A DNA stretch of 64,000 nucleotides. Origin: Marmoricola sp. Lineage in GTDB: Bacteria > Actinomycetota > Actinomycetes > Propionibacteriales > Nocardioidaceae. The notes below the pieces were generated by a model that did no database searches, was not told the origin of the DNA, and was given only the letters and a program-made list of their open reading frames with translations. Positions 19,956 to 29,339 of the stretch are shown one piece after another (positions within the stretch are counted from its first letter, which is position 1; the number at the start of each line of letters is the position of its first letter). The stretch spans positions 2,558 to 66,557 of the forward strand of contig JBKJHX010000068.1 in the NCBI GenBank assembly GCA_046598855.1, read 5' to 3'. Position numbers and translations under genes: made by a program.

Positions 19956-21647
19956 TCATCGAGAACGCCGCAAGCGCGAGGTGACGAGACCCGATACGTG
20001 CGCGGAGACCCGAGTGACCTCGGGGATCCGGAAGAGCCGGGCCAGCAGCAGGTAGCTCCCCAGCCCGGTCCCGCCGACGACGGCCAATCGGAACAGGATC
20101 GCCGTCGTGCCGTCGCTGGTCACGGTTTCGGCCAGACCCAGCCGAACCGACCACGCGATACCGACCGAGACCGCCACCACGACGAGCATCCGGACGGCGA
20201 ACCGGAGCAGGTCCCGCCCGCCGAGCCCGTTGATCAGGGTCGAGAGCTGACGGTAGGAGAGCGCCGCACCGACGGCGTACGAGAGCGCGTAGGCGAGGAC
20301 GAGGCGCGGAGCCGTCTGGGCCGGATCGATGTCGCGGGTCAGAACGATCGCTGCCCCGATGTTCACCGCTGCGATCACGCACTGGTTCAGGAACACCTGC
20401 CGGGTGCGCTCGAGCGCATAGAACCCGCGCAGCACCAGGTAGTGGGTGGTGAAGAAGAGGATGCCGATCGCGAAGAGCGACACCGAGGGGACGAAGTCGG
20501 AGGCCGACTCCTTGGAGGAGCCGTAGCCCCAGACCAGGGCGACTAGGTCGGGGGCCAGGACCGGGACCAGTGCCAGCACCGGCAGCACCAGCGCGTACGT
20601 CGACCGGATGGTCGCGGTCACCGAGGAACCGAGGGCGGCGAGGTCGCCGTCGTGGGCGTACGACGAGAGCCGCGGCAGAACTGCGGTTGCCAGCGAGACC
20701 GTGATGATCGAGTGCGGGACCATCACCAGCAGGAACGCGTTGGAGTAGATCGTGTACCCGGTGCCGTCGGTGCCGGCCGCGGTACCGCCGGAGGCGAGCC
20801 GGACCACGACGGTGTACGCGATCTGGTTGACGATCACGAAGAGCACCGTCCAGATGCTCAGCCGGAGGGTCTGCCCGAGGCCGGTGTGCCGGAAGTCGAA
20901 ACGGGGCCGGAAGCGGAAGCCCGATCGGCGCAGGAACGGGATCAGCAGCAGGAATTGGATCGCGATGCCGAAGGTCGATCCGATGCCAAGGAGCGATTCT
21001 GCGCCGGAGGAGTACGGGCCGGCTTGCTCGGCCGTCGAGGCGGTCCCGATGGTGATCAGGTACGCCGCCACGACGAGCACCGAGATGACGTTGTTGGCGA
21101 TGGGCATCCACATCATCGGGCCGAAGCTGCCCCGTGCGTTGAGCACCTGCCCGACCAGCACGAACATCCCGTAGAAGAAGACCTGCGGCAGGCAGTACCG
21201 GGCGAAGTCGATCATCGACTCGCGCTCGGCGGCGTACTCGGTCGTGAAGTAGAGCGGGTTGACCAGGACCCGCATGACCAGCGGCGCTGCGATCACCAGG
21301 ATGACGGTGACGATGGCGAGGAAGAGCGCACCGAGGGTGATCACCCGGTTCGTGTAGGCCTCGCCGCCGTCAGGATCGGTCTTGATCGAGCGCACCAGCT
21401 GGGGCACCAGTACCGCGTTGAAGACGCCGCCTGCCAGCAGGATGTAGAGCATGTTCGGCACGGTGTTGGCGATGTTGAAGATGTCGGCGTGCAGTCCAGT
21501 GCCCAGAGCTGCCGCCAGCAGGGCAGCGCGGACGAAGCCGGAGAGGCGGGAGAGGACCGTCCCGGCCGCCATCAGGGCGCTGGAGCGCATCACGGTCGGC
21601 TGCTGCGGCTCTTCTGGCTGCGCGCCCGGCTCCTCCACCGAACTCAT
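19956..21647 (-). CDS. murJ: Lipid II flippase MurJ (MviN)
   Basis: MAAGTVLSRLSGFVR, ANTVPNMLYILLAGGVFNAVLVP, multi-TM. Confidence 0.95.
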   Translation of the reverse strand: MSSVEEPGAQPEEPQQPTVMRSSALMAAGTVLSRLSGFVRAALLAAALGTGLHADIFNIANTVPNMLYILLAGGVFNAVLVPQLVRSIKTDPDGGEAYTNRVITLGALFLAIVTVILVIAAPLVMRVLVNPLYFTTEYAAERESMIDFARYCLPQVFFYGMFVLVGQVLNARGSFGPMMWMPIANNVISVLVVAAYLITIGTASTAEQAGPYSSGAESLLGIGSTFGIAIQFLLLIPFLRRSGFRFRPRFDFRHTGLGQTLRLSIWTVLFVIVNQIAYTVVVRLASGGTAAGTDGTGYTIYSNAFLLVMVPHSIITVSLATAVLPRLSSYAHDGDLAALGSSVTATIRSTYALVLPVLALVPVLAPDLVALVWGYGSSKESASDFVPSVSLFAIGILFFTTHYLVLRGFYALERTRQVFLNQCVIAAVNIGAAIVLTRDIDPAQTAPRLVLAYALSYAVGAALSYRQLSTLINGLGGRDLLRFAVRMLVVVAVSVGIAWSVRLGLAETVTSDGTTAILFRLAVVGGTGLGSYLLLARLFRIPEVTRVSAHVSGLVTSRLRRSR

Positions 21648-23785
21648 GCGCGCCGCCACTGGTGCTCGCGGAGCCCGCGACGGATCCGGCGAGCGATCAT
21701 CACGACCAGCAGGAGGGCGCCGGCGCTGAGGATTGCCCAGATCAGGTTGCCGACCTGGCTGGTGCGCAGGCTGAAGACCAGCGGGGTGCCGAGAGCAGTG
21801 CCGTCCGCGGTGATCGCGCTGAGGACGACCTGGTTGACGCCGATACCAGCTGCCTGGGCCTTGAGTCGGAGCACGGCTCGTTGTCCGGGCGCCATCGTGA
21901 ACGGAGCGGCAGTCTCGATCTTGACGCCCGAGGCCGCGGTGGTCGCCTCGACGCCGACGGTGACAGGCTGATCGAGACCGTTGACCACGGTGACCGCCAC
22001 GGTCCCGGAGCCACCGGAGAGGGTGACGAAGTCGGTGCCGAGGACCTCGACCTTGCCCAGCCGGCTCTGCATCCGGGCGTTCGTCGAGTAGACCTGGCCA
22101 CGGGCCCGGGCGCGGTCGCCGTTCGCGTGGATCGAGACGGCGTTCAGGGCGATGCCCGCCAGGTCGTGGGCGACGTTGTTCTCCGAGCCGAGCAGCTCGT
22201 CGAGAGCGTTCGTGGTCTGAACCAGCGTGCGGGTTGCATCGATGTTGACCCGCGTCAGCTCTTGCGCGCGCTGGGCCGGCGGGTACTCCGGGACCGGCTC
22301 GAGGGTTGGCGTGCCCCGGTCGGCACGGCGGAGCGGGACCAGGTCCAACCATTTCTGGTCCAGCCCGGAGAAGAAGTCGGCCAGCTGCCAGCTCGGGCCC
22401 GGGTCCCAGTCGTCAGGAAGGAGGACGACCAGCGGGCTGGTGACCCTGCCGACCCGCAGGGCAGCGTCGGAAACGATCCGCTGTCGCAGCGCCAGCGCGT
22501 CCAACGGCTCGGCCGGACCGGGGCCGCCGCTCGCGGCCAGCTGGTCGGTGAGGACCAGATCCTGGTCCTGTGCGGTCTTGAACTGCGTGCGCGGACGGGG
22601 CACGGCGTGGTCGGAGACGAGGACGAAGGTCTCCTCGCCGACCAGCGGTAGCAGGGCGTCGTCGAGCCAGCCGGCCGGCGGGGCCACGGCGGGGGTGGCG
22701 GCGATGTCGAGGGCTTCGAACGTCTGGGTAGCGAGGGCGCCCGCGAGGTCGAGCATGCTGGGCGCTCGTCGAGCGAGCGCGTTGACGTCCGGGTCGGCGT
22801 AAGGGAGCCGGAGGACCGTCTGCCGCGCGGACGCGGCACGGACCTGCTGTAGCCAGTCCTCCGCGTTGGCACGGTCGGTCGGCCCGAGCCGGTTCGCCGA
22901 GCGGGACGTCGGCGTCGGCGTCGGTGTCCCGCCGGGGTCCACCGCCTCGCCGTCACCCAGCGAGAGCGGGGGGTTGTTGGTGCTCAGGTCGGAGACGGCC
23001 TCCAGGACGGCCGGGTCGATCAGCAGTGTCATCGCCTCGGAGGCCGCCGTACCGAGAATCCCGGCAAGACGGCCGAGCCGGCCGGAGGGGGTGAGGCTGT
23101 CCGACCAGGCAGTGGTGCCGAGGACCCGGCCGGACGGGTCGCGTCGTACCCGCTCCCGGACCGGTACGACGACCGCCACCGAGGTCGTCTTCGCTTGGAG
23201 GACCAGCGGCACGAAGGTCCGGGCGCGGCCGTCGGCCAGCTCATCGCGACCGAGGGTGTTCTGACCGAGCGCATGAACCCCGATCCAGTAGACGCCCTCG
23301 GCGCCGGTGATCTCGTTGCCGAGCTCCTCGACCGGGATCGAGATGCGGAAGGCCCGAGTGGTGCCCGGGTCCAGGTCACCGATGGGCTCGAACTGGCCGG
23401 GTTCGACGAGCCGGGTGCCGACTTCGGTCGTCAGCGGGATCTCGACCGCGGCGGCGAGCTCCTCCCGGGTGGTCATCGGGGACTGGCTGACGAAGGGATG
23501 CACGTTGACGGCGATCCAGGTCTCGTCGGAGTTGTTGGTGACGGTGCCTGCCAGGGTCACGTCACCCGTTGCCGGGATGGCTGCCGGAACCATGCGGGTC
23601 AGGTTCACAGTGAGCGGCGAGGCGGCGCCGACCTCCTCGGCGGCGGAGGCGGGCGCGCGGCCGAGGGCCGGCAGCAGGGCGGTGATCACGAACGCGACCG
23701 AGAACGCGACCAGGACCGCGAACAGGACCGGACGGGGTCGTCGCAGCGCAGGCCGGGATCCGGACGCGCTTCGGGGACGACTCAC
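21644..23785 (-). CDS. Conserved secreted/membrane protein (DUF6049/Rv3909-like)
   Basis: Signal/TM N-terminus, GVYWIGVHALG, LPYADPDV, C-terminal TM; between the CCA enzyme and murJ. Start estimated. Confidence 0.75.
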   Translation of the reverse strand: MSRPRSASGSRPALRRPRPVLFAVLVAFSVAFVITALLPALGRAPASAAEEVGAASPLTVNLTRMVPAAIPATGDVTLAGTVTNNSDETWIAVNVHPFVSQSPMTTREELAAAVEIPLTTEVGTRLVEPGQFEPIGDLDPGTTRAFRISIPVEELGNEITGAEGVYWIGVHALGQNTLGRDELADGRARTFVPLVLQAKTTSVAVVVPVRERVRRDPSGRVLGTTAWSDSLTPSGRLGRLAGILGTAASEAMTLLIDPAVLEAVSDLSTNNPPLSLGDGEAVDPGGTPTPTPTSRSANRLGPTDRANAEDWLQQVRAASARQTVLRLPYADPDVNALARRAPSMLDLAGALATQTFEALDIAATPAVAPPAGWLDDALLPLVGEETFVLVSDHAVPRPRTQFKTAQDQDLVLTDQLAASGGPGPAEPLDALALRQRIVSDAALRVGRVTSPLVVLLPDDWDPGPSWQLADFFSGLDQKWLDLVPLRRADRGTPTLEPVPEYPPAQRAQELTRVNIDATRTLVQTTNALDELLGSENNVAHDLAGIALNAVSIHANGDRARARGQVYSTNARMQSRLGKVEVLGTDFVTLSGGSGTVAVTVVNGLDQPVTVGVEATTAASGVKIETAAPFTMAPGQRAVLRLKAQAAGIGVNQVVLSAITADGTALGTPLVFSLRTSQVGNLIWAILSAGALLLVVMIARRIRRGLREHQWRRA

Positions 23786-23894
23786 ACCGGCGATGCTAAC
23801 GAGTCCTGGTGGCTCGACCTGGCTGCGACCTGCCTCGGTGGACGCGGGCCGTGCCGGGATGGCCCGGCCCGCTGCGCCGATAGAGTTACCTCCC

Positions 23895-25358
23895 GTGTCC
23901 CCTGTACTGCCTTCTGGGCCCCTGAACATGTCGCAGGTGCAGGCCCGCGCAGTCTCCGAGCTGCTGCGGATCGCGCCTGTGATCGACGAGCTCGGTGCGC
24001 GGTTCGCCGGGGCCGGTGAGCAGATCGCCCTGGTGGGTGGACCGGTCCGCGACGCGATGCTCGGGCGGCTTCAGAACGACCTCGACTTCACCACCTCCGC
24101 CCGTCCTGAGGTCACCGAGCGGGTCCTCAAGGGCTGGGCGGACGCGATCTGGGATATCGGCCGCGATTTCGGCACGATCGGCTGCCGCCGCGGCGAGTGG
24201 CAGATCGAGGTCACCACCTACCGCTCGGAGAAGTACGACACGGACAGCCGCAAGCCCGAGGTCGCCTACGGGGACACCCTCGTCGGCGACCTGGGCCGGC
24301 GGGACTTCACCGTGAATGCGATGGCGGTCTCGCTGCCCGGGCAGAGGTTCGAGGACCCGTACGGCGGGATCGTCGACCTCGCCCACCAGGTGCTCCGAAC
24401 TCCGGGTCGTCCGGAGGACTCGTTCAGCGACGACCCGCTGAGGATGATGCGCGCGGCCCGGTTCGCCTCCCAGCTCGGCTTCACGGTCGCTCCCGAGGTC
24501 CGTGCGGCGATGACCGCGATGGCCGAGCGGATCACCATCGTCTCCGCGGAGCGGGTCCGGGACGAGCTGGTGAAGCTGATCTGCTCGCCGAGCCCGCGCG
24601 AGGGTCTGCTGCTCCTGGTCGAGACCGGGCTCGCCGAGCACGTGCTTCCCGAGCTGCCGGCGCTCGCTCTCGAGCGCGACGAGCACCACCGGCACAAGGA
24701 CGTCTACGAGCACACCCTCACGGTGCTCGAGCAGTCGATCGGCCTCGAGGACCGGTTGCCCGGCGGTGGTCCGGACTTCGTCGCCCGCTTCGCAGCGCTG
24801 ATGCACGACGTCGGCAAGCCACGGACCCGGAAGTTCGCCGACGACGGCACCGTCACCTTCCACCACCACGACGTCGTCGGCGCGAAGATCACCAAGAAGC
24901 GGATGCAGGCACTGAAGTTCTCCAACGACGAGATCAACGACGTCAGCACCCTGGTCGAGCTGCACCTGCGGTTCCACGGGTACGGCGACGGCCAGTGGAC
25001 TGACTCCGCCGTACGCCGTTACGTCCGTGACGCCGGACCGCTGCTCTCCCGGCTGCACGTTCTGACCCGGGCCGACTGCACCACCCGCAACCAGCGCAAG
25101 GCCGAACGGCTCCGTCGGACCTACGACGATCTCGAGATGCGGATCGCCCGACTCTCCGAGCAGGAGGAGCTCGCCTTGATCCGGCCCGAACTCGACGGCA
25201 ACCAGATCATGGAGATCCTCGGGATCCCCGCCGGGCGCCAGGTCGGGGCGGCGTACACGTTCCTCCTGGAGCTGCGCCTGGACCACGGCCCGATGTCGTA
25301 CGACGACGCCAGGGCCGCACTGATCGAATGGGCCGCTGACGGGGTGGATCAGGCCTGA
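23895..25358 (+). CDS. CCA tRNA nucleotidyltransferase (HD domain)
   Basis: LVGGPVRD, DLDFTT, RRDFTVNAMA, DDPLRMMRAARF, LMHDVGKP. Confidence 0.95.
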   Translation: MSPVLPSGPLNMSQVQARAVSELLRIAPVIDELGARFAGAGEQIALVGGPVRDAMLGRLQNDLDFTTSARPEVTERVLKGWADAIWDIGRDFGTIGCRRGEWQIEVTTYRSEKYDTDSRKPEVAYGDTLVGDLGRRDFTVNAMAVSLPGQRFEDPYGGIVDLAHQVLRTPGRPEDSFSDDPLRMMRAARFASQLGFTVAPEVRAAMTAMAERITIVSAERVRDELVKLICSPSPREGLLLLVETGLAEHVLPELPALALERDEHHRHKDVYEHTLTVLEQSIGLEDRLPGGGPDFVARFAALMHDVGKPRTRKFADDGTVTFHHHDVVGAKITKKRMQALKFSNDEINDVSTLVELHLRFHGYGDGQWTDSAVRRYVRDAGPLLSRLHVLTRADCTTRNQRKAERLRRTYDDLEMRIARLSEQEELALIRPELDGNQIMEILGIPAGRQVGAAYTFLLELRLDHGPMSYDDARAALIEWAADGVDQA

Positions 25359-25364
25359 TCGGTC

Positions 25365-25470
25365 CGCTGCTGGACCGTGCCTGCTCCGACCGCCGACGGT
25401 GGCACCACGCTGACGTCGACCCGGGAGGCCCCTGACCCTGGCGAAGATCAAGGCGCCGGTAGAGAAGTAG
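25365..25470 (+). pseudogene. Remnant resembling the C-terminus of an SRPBCC-family gene
   Basis: Fragments PTADGGTTLTSTREAP and TLAKIKAPVEK* in different frames, no start. Confidence 0.45.
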
Positions 25471-25489
25471 TCGGCAGTAGCCTGCGCGG

Positions 25490-26476
25490 GTGACCCGCGA
25501 ATCCCTGCTCCACCAGCGTTGGCCCGGACTCCGTCTGGGCCACCTTGCGTTGGGCTCGGCGCCGACCCCGGTGCGCAGGCTCCAGGGTCTCGAGGGGCTG
25601 GAGGGCCTCGACCTCTGGCTCAAGGACGAAGGCGCCTTCGGCGACGGGGCCTGGGGTGGGAACAAGGTCCGCAAGCTCGAGTGGATCCTGCCTGAGGCGA
25701 CCCGGCGCGGAGCCCGGACGCTCTTCACCGTCGGTGGGATCGGAACGCACTGGGGTTTGGCCTGCGCGCTCTACGGACACGAGCACGGGTTCCGTACGGT
25801 GCTCGGCCTGGTGGACCAGCCGGTCGACGACCACGTCCGCGAGCAGCTCGGCCGGCTGGAGGCGTCCGGGGCGAGCCTGCACCGGTACCGATCGGTGCGG
25901 GTCCTCAAGCTGGCCGCACCCTGGCTGATCATGAGCAACATCCGGGGAGGGCGACTGCCCTGGTACCTCCCGGCCGGCGGCTCCAACGCGGTTGGGACCC
26001 TCGGCTACGTCGAGACCGCGCTCGAGATTGCCGCCCAGGTCGAGTCCGGCGCGCTCCCGGAGCCGGGCACCGTCGTCACCGCGATCGGTTCCGGGGGGAC
26101 CGCTGCCGGGCTGGCGCTCGGGTTCCGGCTCGCCGGCCTGCGGACCCGCGTCTTCGGCGCGGTCGTCAACGACGCTTTTCCGCTCGACGCGCCGGTGATC
26201 GCCAGGCTGGCGAACAGCACCGGTGACCTGCTCCGCTCACGGGGAGCCGACGACGTACCGACCGTCACAGCCGCGGACCTGACCACCGCCGACGACTGGC
26301 TCGGCACGACGTACGGCGACCCGACTGTTGCCTCGACGGCGATGGTGAAGGGTGCGCGGCCGCTCGGTCTCGACCTGGAGCCGGTGTACACCGGCAAGGC
26401 CCTGGCCGCGATCCGAGATCGCGGCCAGGACCTCGACGCTCCGGTGCTCTGGCTGAACACCCACGGCCCCCGTTAG
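25490..26476 (+). CDS. PLP-dependent D-cysteine desulfhydrase/ACC deaminase family protein
   Basis: GGNKVRKLE, PAGGSN, GSGGTAAGL, LEPVYTGKA. Confidence 0.88.
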   Translation: MTRESLLHQRWPGLRLGHLALGSAPTPVRRLQGLEGLEGLDLWLKDEGAFGDGAWGGNKVRKLEWILPEATRRGARTLFTVGGIGTHWGLACALYGHEHGFRTVLGLVDQPVDDHVREQLGRLEASGASLHRYRSVRVLKLAAPWLIMSNIRGGRLPWYLPAGGSNAVGTLGYVETALEIAAQVESGALPEPGTVVTAIGSGGTAAGLALGFRLAGLRTRVFGAVVNDAFPLDAPVIARLANSTGDLLRSRGADDVPTVTAADLTTADDWLGTTYGDPTVASTAMVKGARPLGLDLEPVYTGKALAAIRDRGQDLDAPVLWLNTHGPR

Positions 26477-26503
26477 GCCCGGAGCGCGATAATCAGCCCG
26501 GCC

Positions 26504-27100
26504 TCAAGCCTTCGGCGCGAGGATCACGTTGTGGTTCAGGATCTTGTCGGTGAAGGTCTGCTTCTTCGCGTCCCACAGTGGCCAGAGGTAGCCGAGGTAG
26601 CACGGCAGCGAGTCGATGATGTGCACGAACCCGCGGGCGATCGCCATCCCGGTTCCGACCGGCTGGCCGCTGGCCTCGCTGACCAGCTTGATGCCGACGA
26701 TGCCCTTGCCGAGGGTGTAACCGGTGGTCCCCTGCTGGATGCCGTAGTTGTAGACCCACCAGCCGATCATGGCGATCGTCGCTGCGATCGCCACCAGCAC
26801 GTCGATCACTCCCGGCATGATCGCGAACAGGACCTGCTCGACGATCACGACGCCGATGATGGGCGCGATGTCGATCAACGTGGCGAGGGCGCGTTGCGGC
26901 CACTCGGCGTACGCGCCTGGCGGAGCGCCGTACGCGCCGGACGGAGCGCCGTACGCTGGCGGGACCGGCGCAGGTGGGGGCACCGAGCCGTAGGCCGGTG
27001 GGGGCGGCGGTGGCATCGAACCATAGGCCGGCGGTGGCGGCGGTGGCGGCGGCGAGGCCGCCGGATCGGGCGGCTGTGGAGGTGTCGTGTCATCGCTCAT
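26504..27100 (-). CDS. RDD-family membrane protein with Pro-rich N-terminus
   Basis: YAEWPQRALATLID, TLGKGIVGIKLV, WDAKKQTFTDK. Confidence 0.88.
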   Translation of the reverse strand: MSDDTTPPQPPDPAASPPPPPPPPAYGSMPPPPPPAYGSVPPPAPVPPAYGAPSGAYGAPPGAYAEWPQRALATLIDIAPIIGVVIVEQVLFAIMPGVIDVLVAIAATIAMIGWWVYNYGIQQGTTGYTLGKGIVGIKLVSEASGQPVGTGMAIARGFVHIIDSLPCYLGYLWPLWDAKKQTFTDKILNHNVILAPKA

Positions 27101-27189
27101 GCCGGAACCGTAGTGACGTAGCGCCGCCGAGCGCACCCCCTGGACGGAGATGAAACCAGAACGCAACCGACGCGAAACGGGCCTACCGC

Positions 27190-27229
27190 TCGAAAGCAGC
27201 CGAGCCCCGGACCTGAGGTCCGGGGCTCG
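27190..27229 (-). terminator. Intrinsic terminator after ino1
   Basis: Perfect 13-bp inverted repeat CGAGCCCCGGACC-TGA-GGTCCGGGGCTCG (27201-27229), then GCTGCTTT on the minus strand. Confidence 0.75.
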
Positions 27230-27272
27230 ACTCGAAATCAGTTGGATGCGGGAGCTGACTCCCGGTACTACC

Positions 27273-28364
27273 TCAGCGCTCGACCTCACCGCGGATGAAC
27301 GCTTCGACCGAGGCGTGACCCTCGTCGTCGGGGCGCTGCACCGGCGGGGACTTCATCAGGTACGACGACGCCGAGAGCAGCGGTCCGCCGATGCCGCGGT
27401 CCAGCGCGATCTTCGCCGCACGGATCGCGTCGATGATGATGCCGGCCGAGTTCGGGGAGTCCCAGACCTCGAGCTTGTACTCGAGGTTCAGCGGAACATC
27501 ACCGAACGCGCGACCCTCGAGGCGGACGTAGGCCCACTTGCGGTCGTCGAGCCAGGCCACGTAGTCCGAGGGACCGATGTGGACGTTGCGGTCGTGGACC
27601 TTGCCCGACAGCGGACCGCTGAGGTTCGAGGTCACTGCTTGGGTCTTGGAGACCTTCTTGGACTCCAGACGCTCACGCTCGAGCATGTTCTTGAAGTCCA
27701 TGTTGCCGCCGACGTTGAGCTGGTAGGTGCGGTCCAGCACCACGCCGCGGTCCTCGAACAGTTTGGCCATCACGCGGTGCGTGATCGTGGCGCCGACCTG
27801 GCTCTTGATGTCGTCACCGATGATCGCGACGCCGGCGTCCTCGAACTTCTTGGCCCAGACGGGGTCGGAGGCGATGAAGACCGGCAGCGCGTTGACGAAG
27901 GCGACGCCCGCGTCGATCGCGCACTGGGCGTAGTACTTGTCGGCGACCTCGGAACCCACCGGCAGGTAGGAGACGAGCACGTCGACCTGCGCGTCCCTGA
28001 GGGTCGCGACGACGTCGACCGGCTCGGCGTCGGACTCCTCGATGGTCTCGCGGTAGTACTTGCCGAGACCGTCGTTGGTGACACCGCGGGAGACGGTGAC
28101 ACCGGTCGGCGGTACGTCGGCGATCCGGATGGTGTTGTTCTCCGAGCTGTTGATCGCATCCGAGAGGTCGAAGCCGACCTTCTTGGCGTCAACGTCGAAC
28201 GCGGCGACGAACTCGATGTCGCGGACGTGGTAGTCCCCGAACATCACGTGCATCAGACCCGGGACGGTGGCGTCGGGGTCGGCGTTCTTGTAGTACTCGA
28301 CGCCCTGGATGAGGGAGCTGGCACAGTTGCCCACTCCCACGATGCCTACGCGAACTTTCGCCAT
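27273..28364 (-). CDS. ino1: Inositol-3-phosphate synthase
   Basis: [40 protein letters not shown]. Confidence 0.97.
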   Translation of the reverse strand: MAKVRVGIVGVGNCASSLIQGVEYYKNADPDATVPGLMHVMFGDYHVRDIEFVAAFDVDAKKVGFDLSDAINSSENNTIRIADVPPTGVTVSRGVTNDGLGKYYRETIEESDAEPVDVVATLRDAQVDVLVSYLPVGSEVADKYYAQCAIDAGVAFVNALPVFIASDPVWAKKFEDAGVAIIGDDIKSQVGATITHRVMAKLFEDRGVVLDRTYQLNVGGNMDFKNMLERERLESKKVSKTQAVTSNLSGPLSGKVHDRNVHIGPSDYVAWLDDRKWAYVRLEGRAFGDVPLNLEYKLEVWDSPNSAGIIIDAIRAAKIALDRGIGGPLLSASSYLMKSPPVQRPDDEGHASVEAFIRGEVER

Positions 28365-28388
28365 GGCTTGTTCCTCCTGATTTCTCAC

Positions 28389-29030
28389 TCAACTGATTTC
28401 GGTGCTGAAGTTGTCTGTCGTGGTGAAGCCGTCCGGGACGATCGGCAGGATCGGGGTCGCCGGGGTGCGCGGACGGGTGCCTGGTGCGCCGGTGCGGTCC
28501 TGGCCGGTGCGTTCGGCCTCGATCAGGTCGGAGAGCCAGCGGACCTCGCGCTCGACGGACTCGAGCGCGTGCCGGCGGAGCTCGGTCTGGTAGCGGTCCG
28601 AGCCGCTGCTCAGTGCCCGGGCCCGGTCCAGGCGTTCCTGCAGCCGCGACCGTCGGCCCTCGAGGATCCGGAGCCGGACGGCGTCATCGGTGCGGGAGAA
28701 GAACGCGAACCGCATGTTGAAGTTCTCGTCCTCCCAGGCGGCCGGACCGGCATCGGTGATCTCGGTACCGAAGTACTCGATCCCTGCCGGGGTGATCTGG
28801 TAGACGATCCGGGCGCGGCGCGAGACCGGCGTACCGGTCGCCACGACTTCGGTGATCCAACCGGCACGCAGCATCCGCTTGAGCGCGGGGTACAGGGAGC
28901 CGTAGGAGAGCAGTCGGGTCCAGCCGAGGAGCAGGTTCAGGCGCTTACGCAGCTCGTAGCCGTGCAGCGGGGACTCCTGGAGGAGTCCGAGCACTGCGAG
29001 CTCGAGGGTGGCGGCCTTGCTCGGCGGCAT
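28389..29030 (-). CDS. PadR-family regulator (Rv0047c-like)
   Basis: LGLLQESPLHGYELRKRL, SYGSLYPALKR; upstream of ino1. Confidence 0.92.
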   Translation of the reverse strand: MPPSKAATLELAVLGLLQESPLHGYELRKRLNLLLGWTRLLSYGSLYPALKRMLRAGWITEVVATGTPVSRRARIVYQITPAGIEYFGTEITDAGPAAWEDENFNMRFAFFSRTDDAVRLRILEGRRSRLQERLDRARALSSGSDRYQTELRRHALESVEREVRWLSDLIEAERTGQDRTGAPGTRPRTPATPILPIVPDGFTTTDNFSTEIS

Positions 29031-29173
29031 GGTGGTCTGCTTCCCGTGTCGGGGTGAAGGTATCGAAGTAACCTATCGCATCGATATATCCAAAATCCAG
29101 TTCACCTGCCGTTCACCGAGGCTGCGGCGCGGCGGCACCGGTCGCTGACAACAGCGTCTTCGGGGGTCACAAC

Positions 29174-29237
29174 GGGTGCCGCCGGGCGTGAAAAGGGTGT
29201 CGCCTGGGGTGAAAATGGGTGTCGCCTGGGGTGACGC
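29174..29237. repeat. Three 21-22-bp tandem repeats in the padR-ponA intergenic region
   Basis: GGGTGCCGCCGGGCGTGAAAA / GGGTGTCGCCTGGGGTGAAAAT / GGGTGTCGCCTGGGGTGACGC. Confidence 0.85.
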
Positions 29238-29339
29238 CGTACCCTCGACGTAGCAACTACGACCGGCGAGCACCCCAACGTGCTCCTGCCCGGCGCAGTC
29301 CGACCTGACCTGATCGCCCTTCCCCTGGAGTCCGACACA

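Noticed and set aside
25490-26476. True ACC deaminase (acdS)
   Set aside because: Has PVYTGK rather than the PVYEGK Glu diagnostic of AcdS; more likely desulfhydrase-like
29174-29237. CRISPR array (also considered for the 39.2 and 56.5 kb repeats)
   Set aside because: Units are tandem with 0-5 bp gaps, no unique spacers, no cas genes in the window
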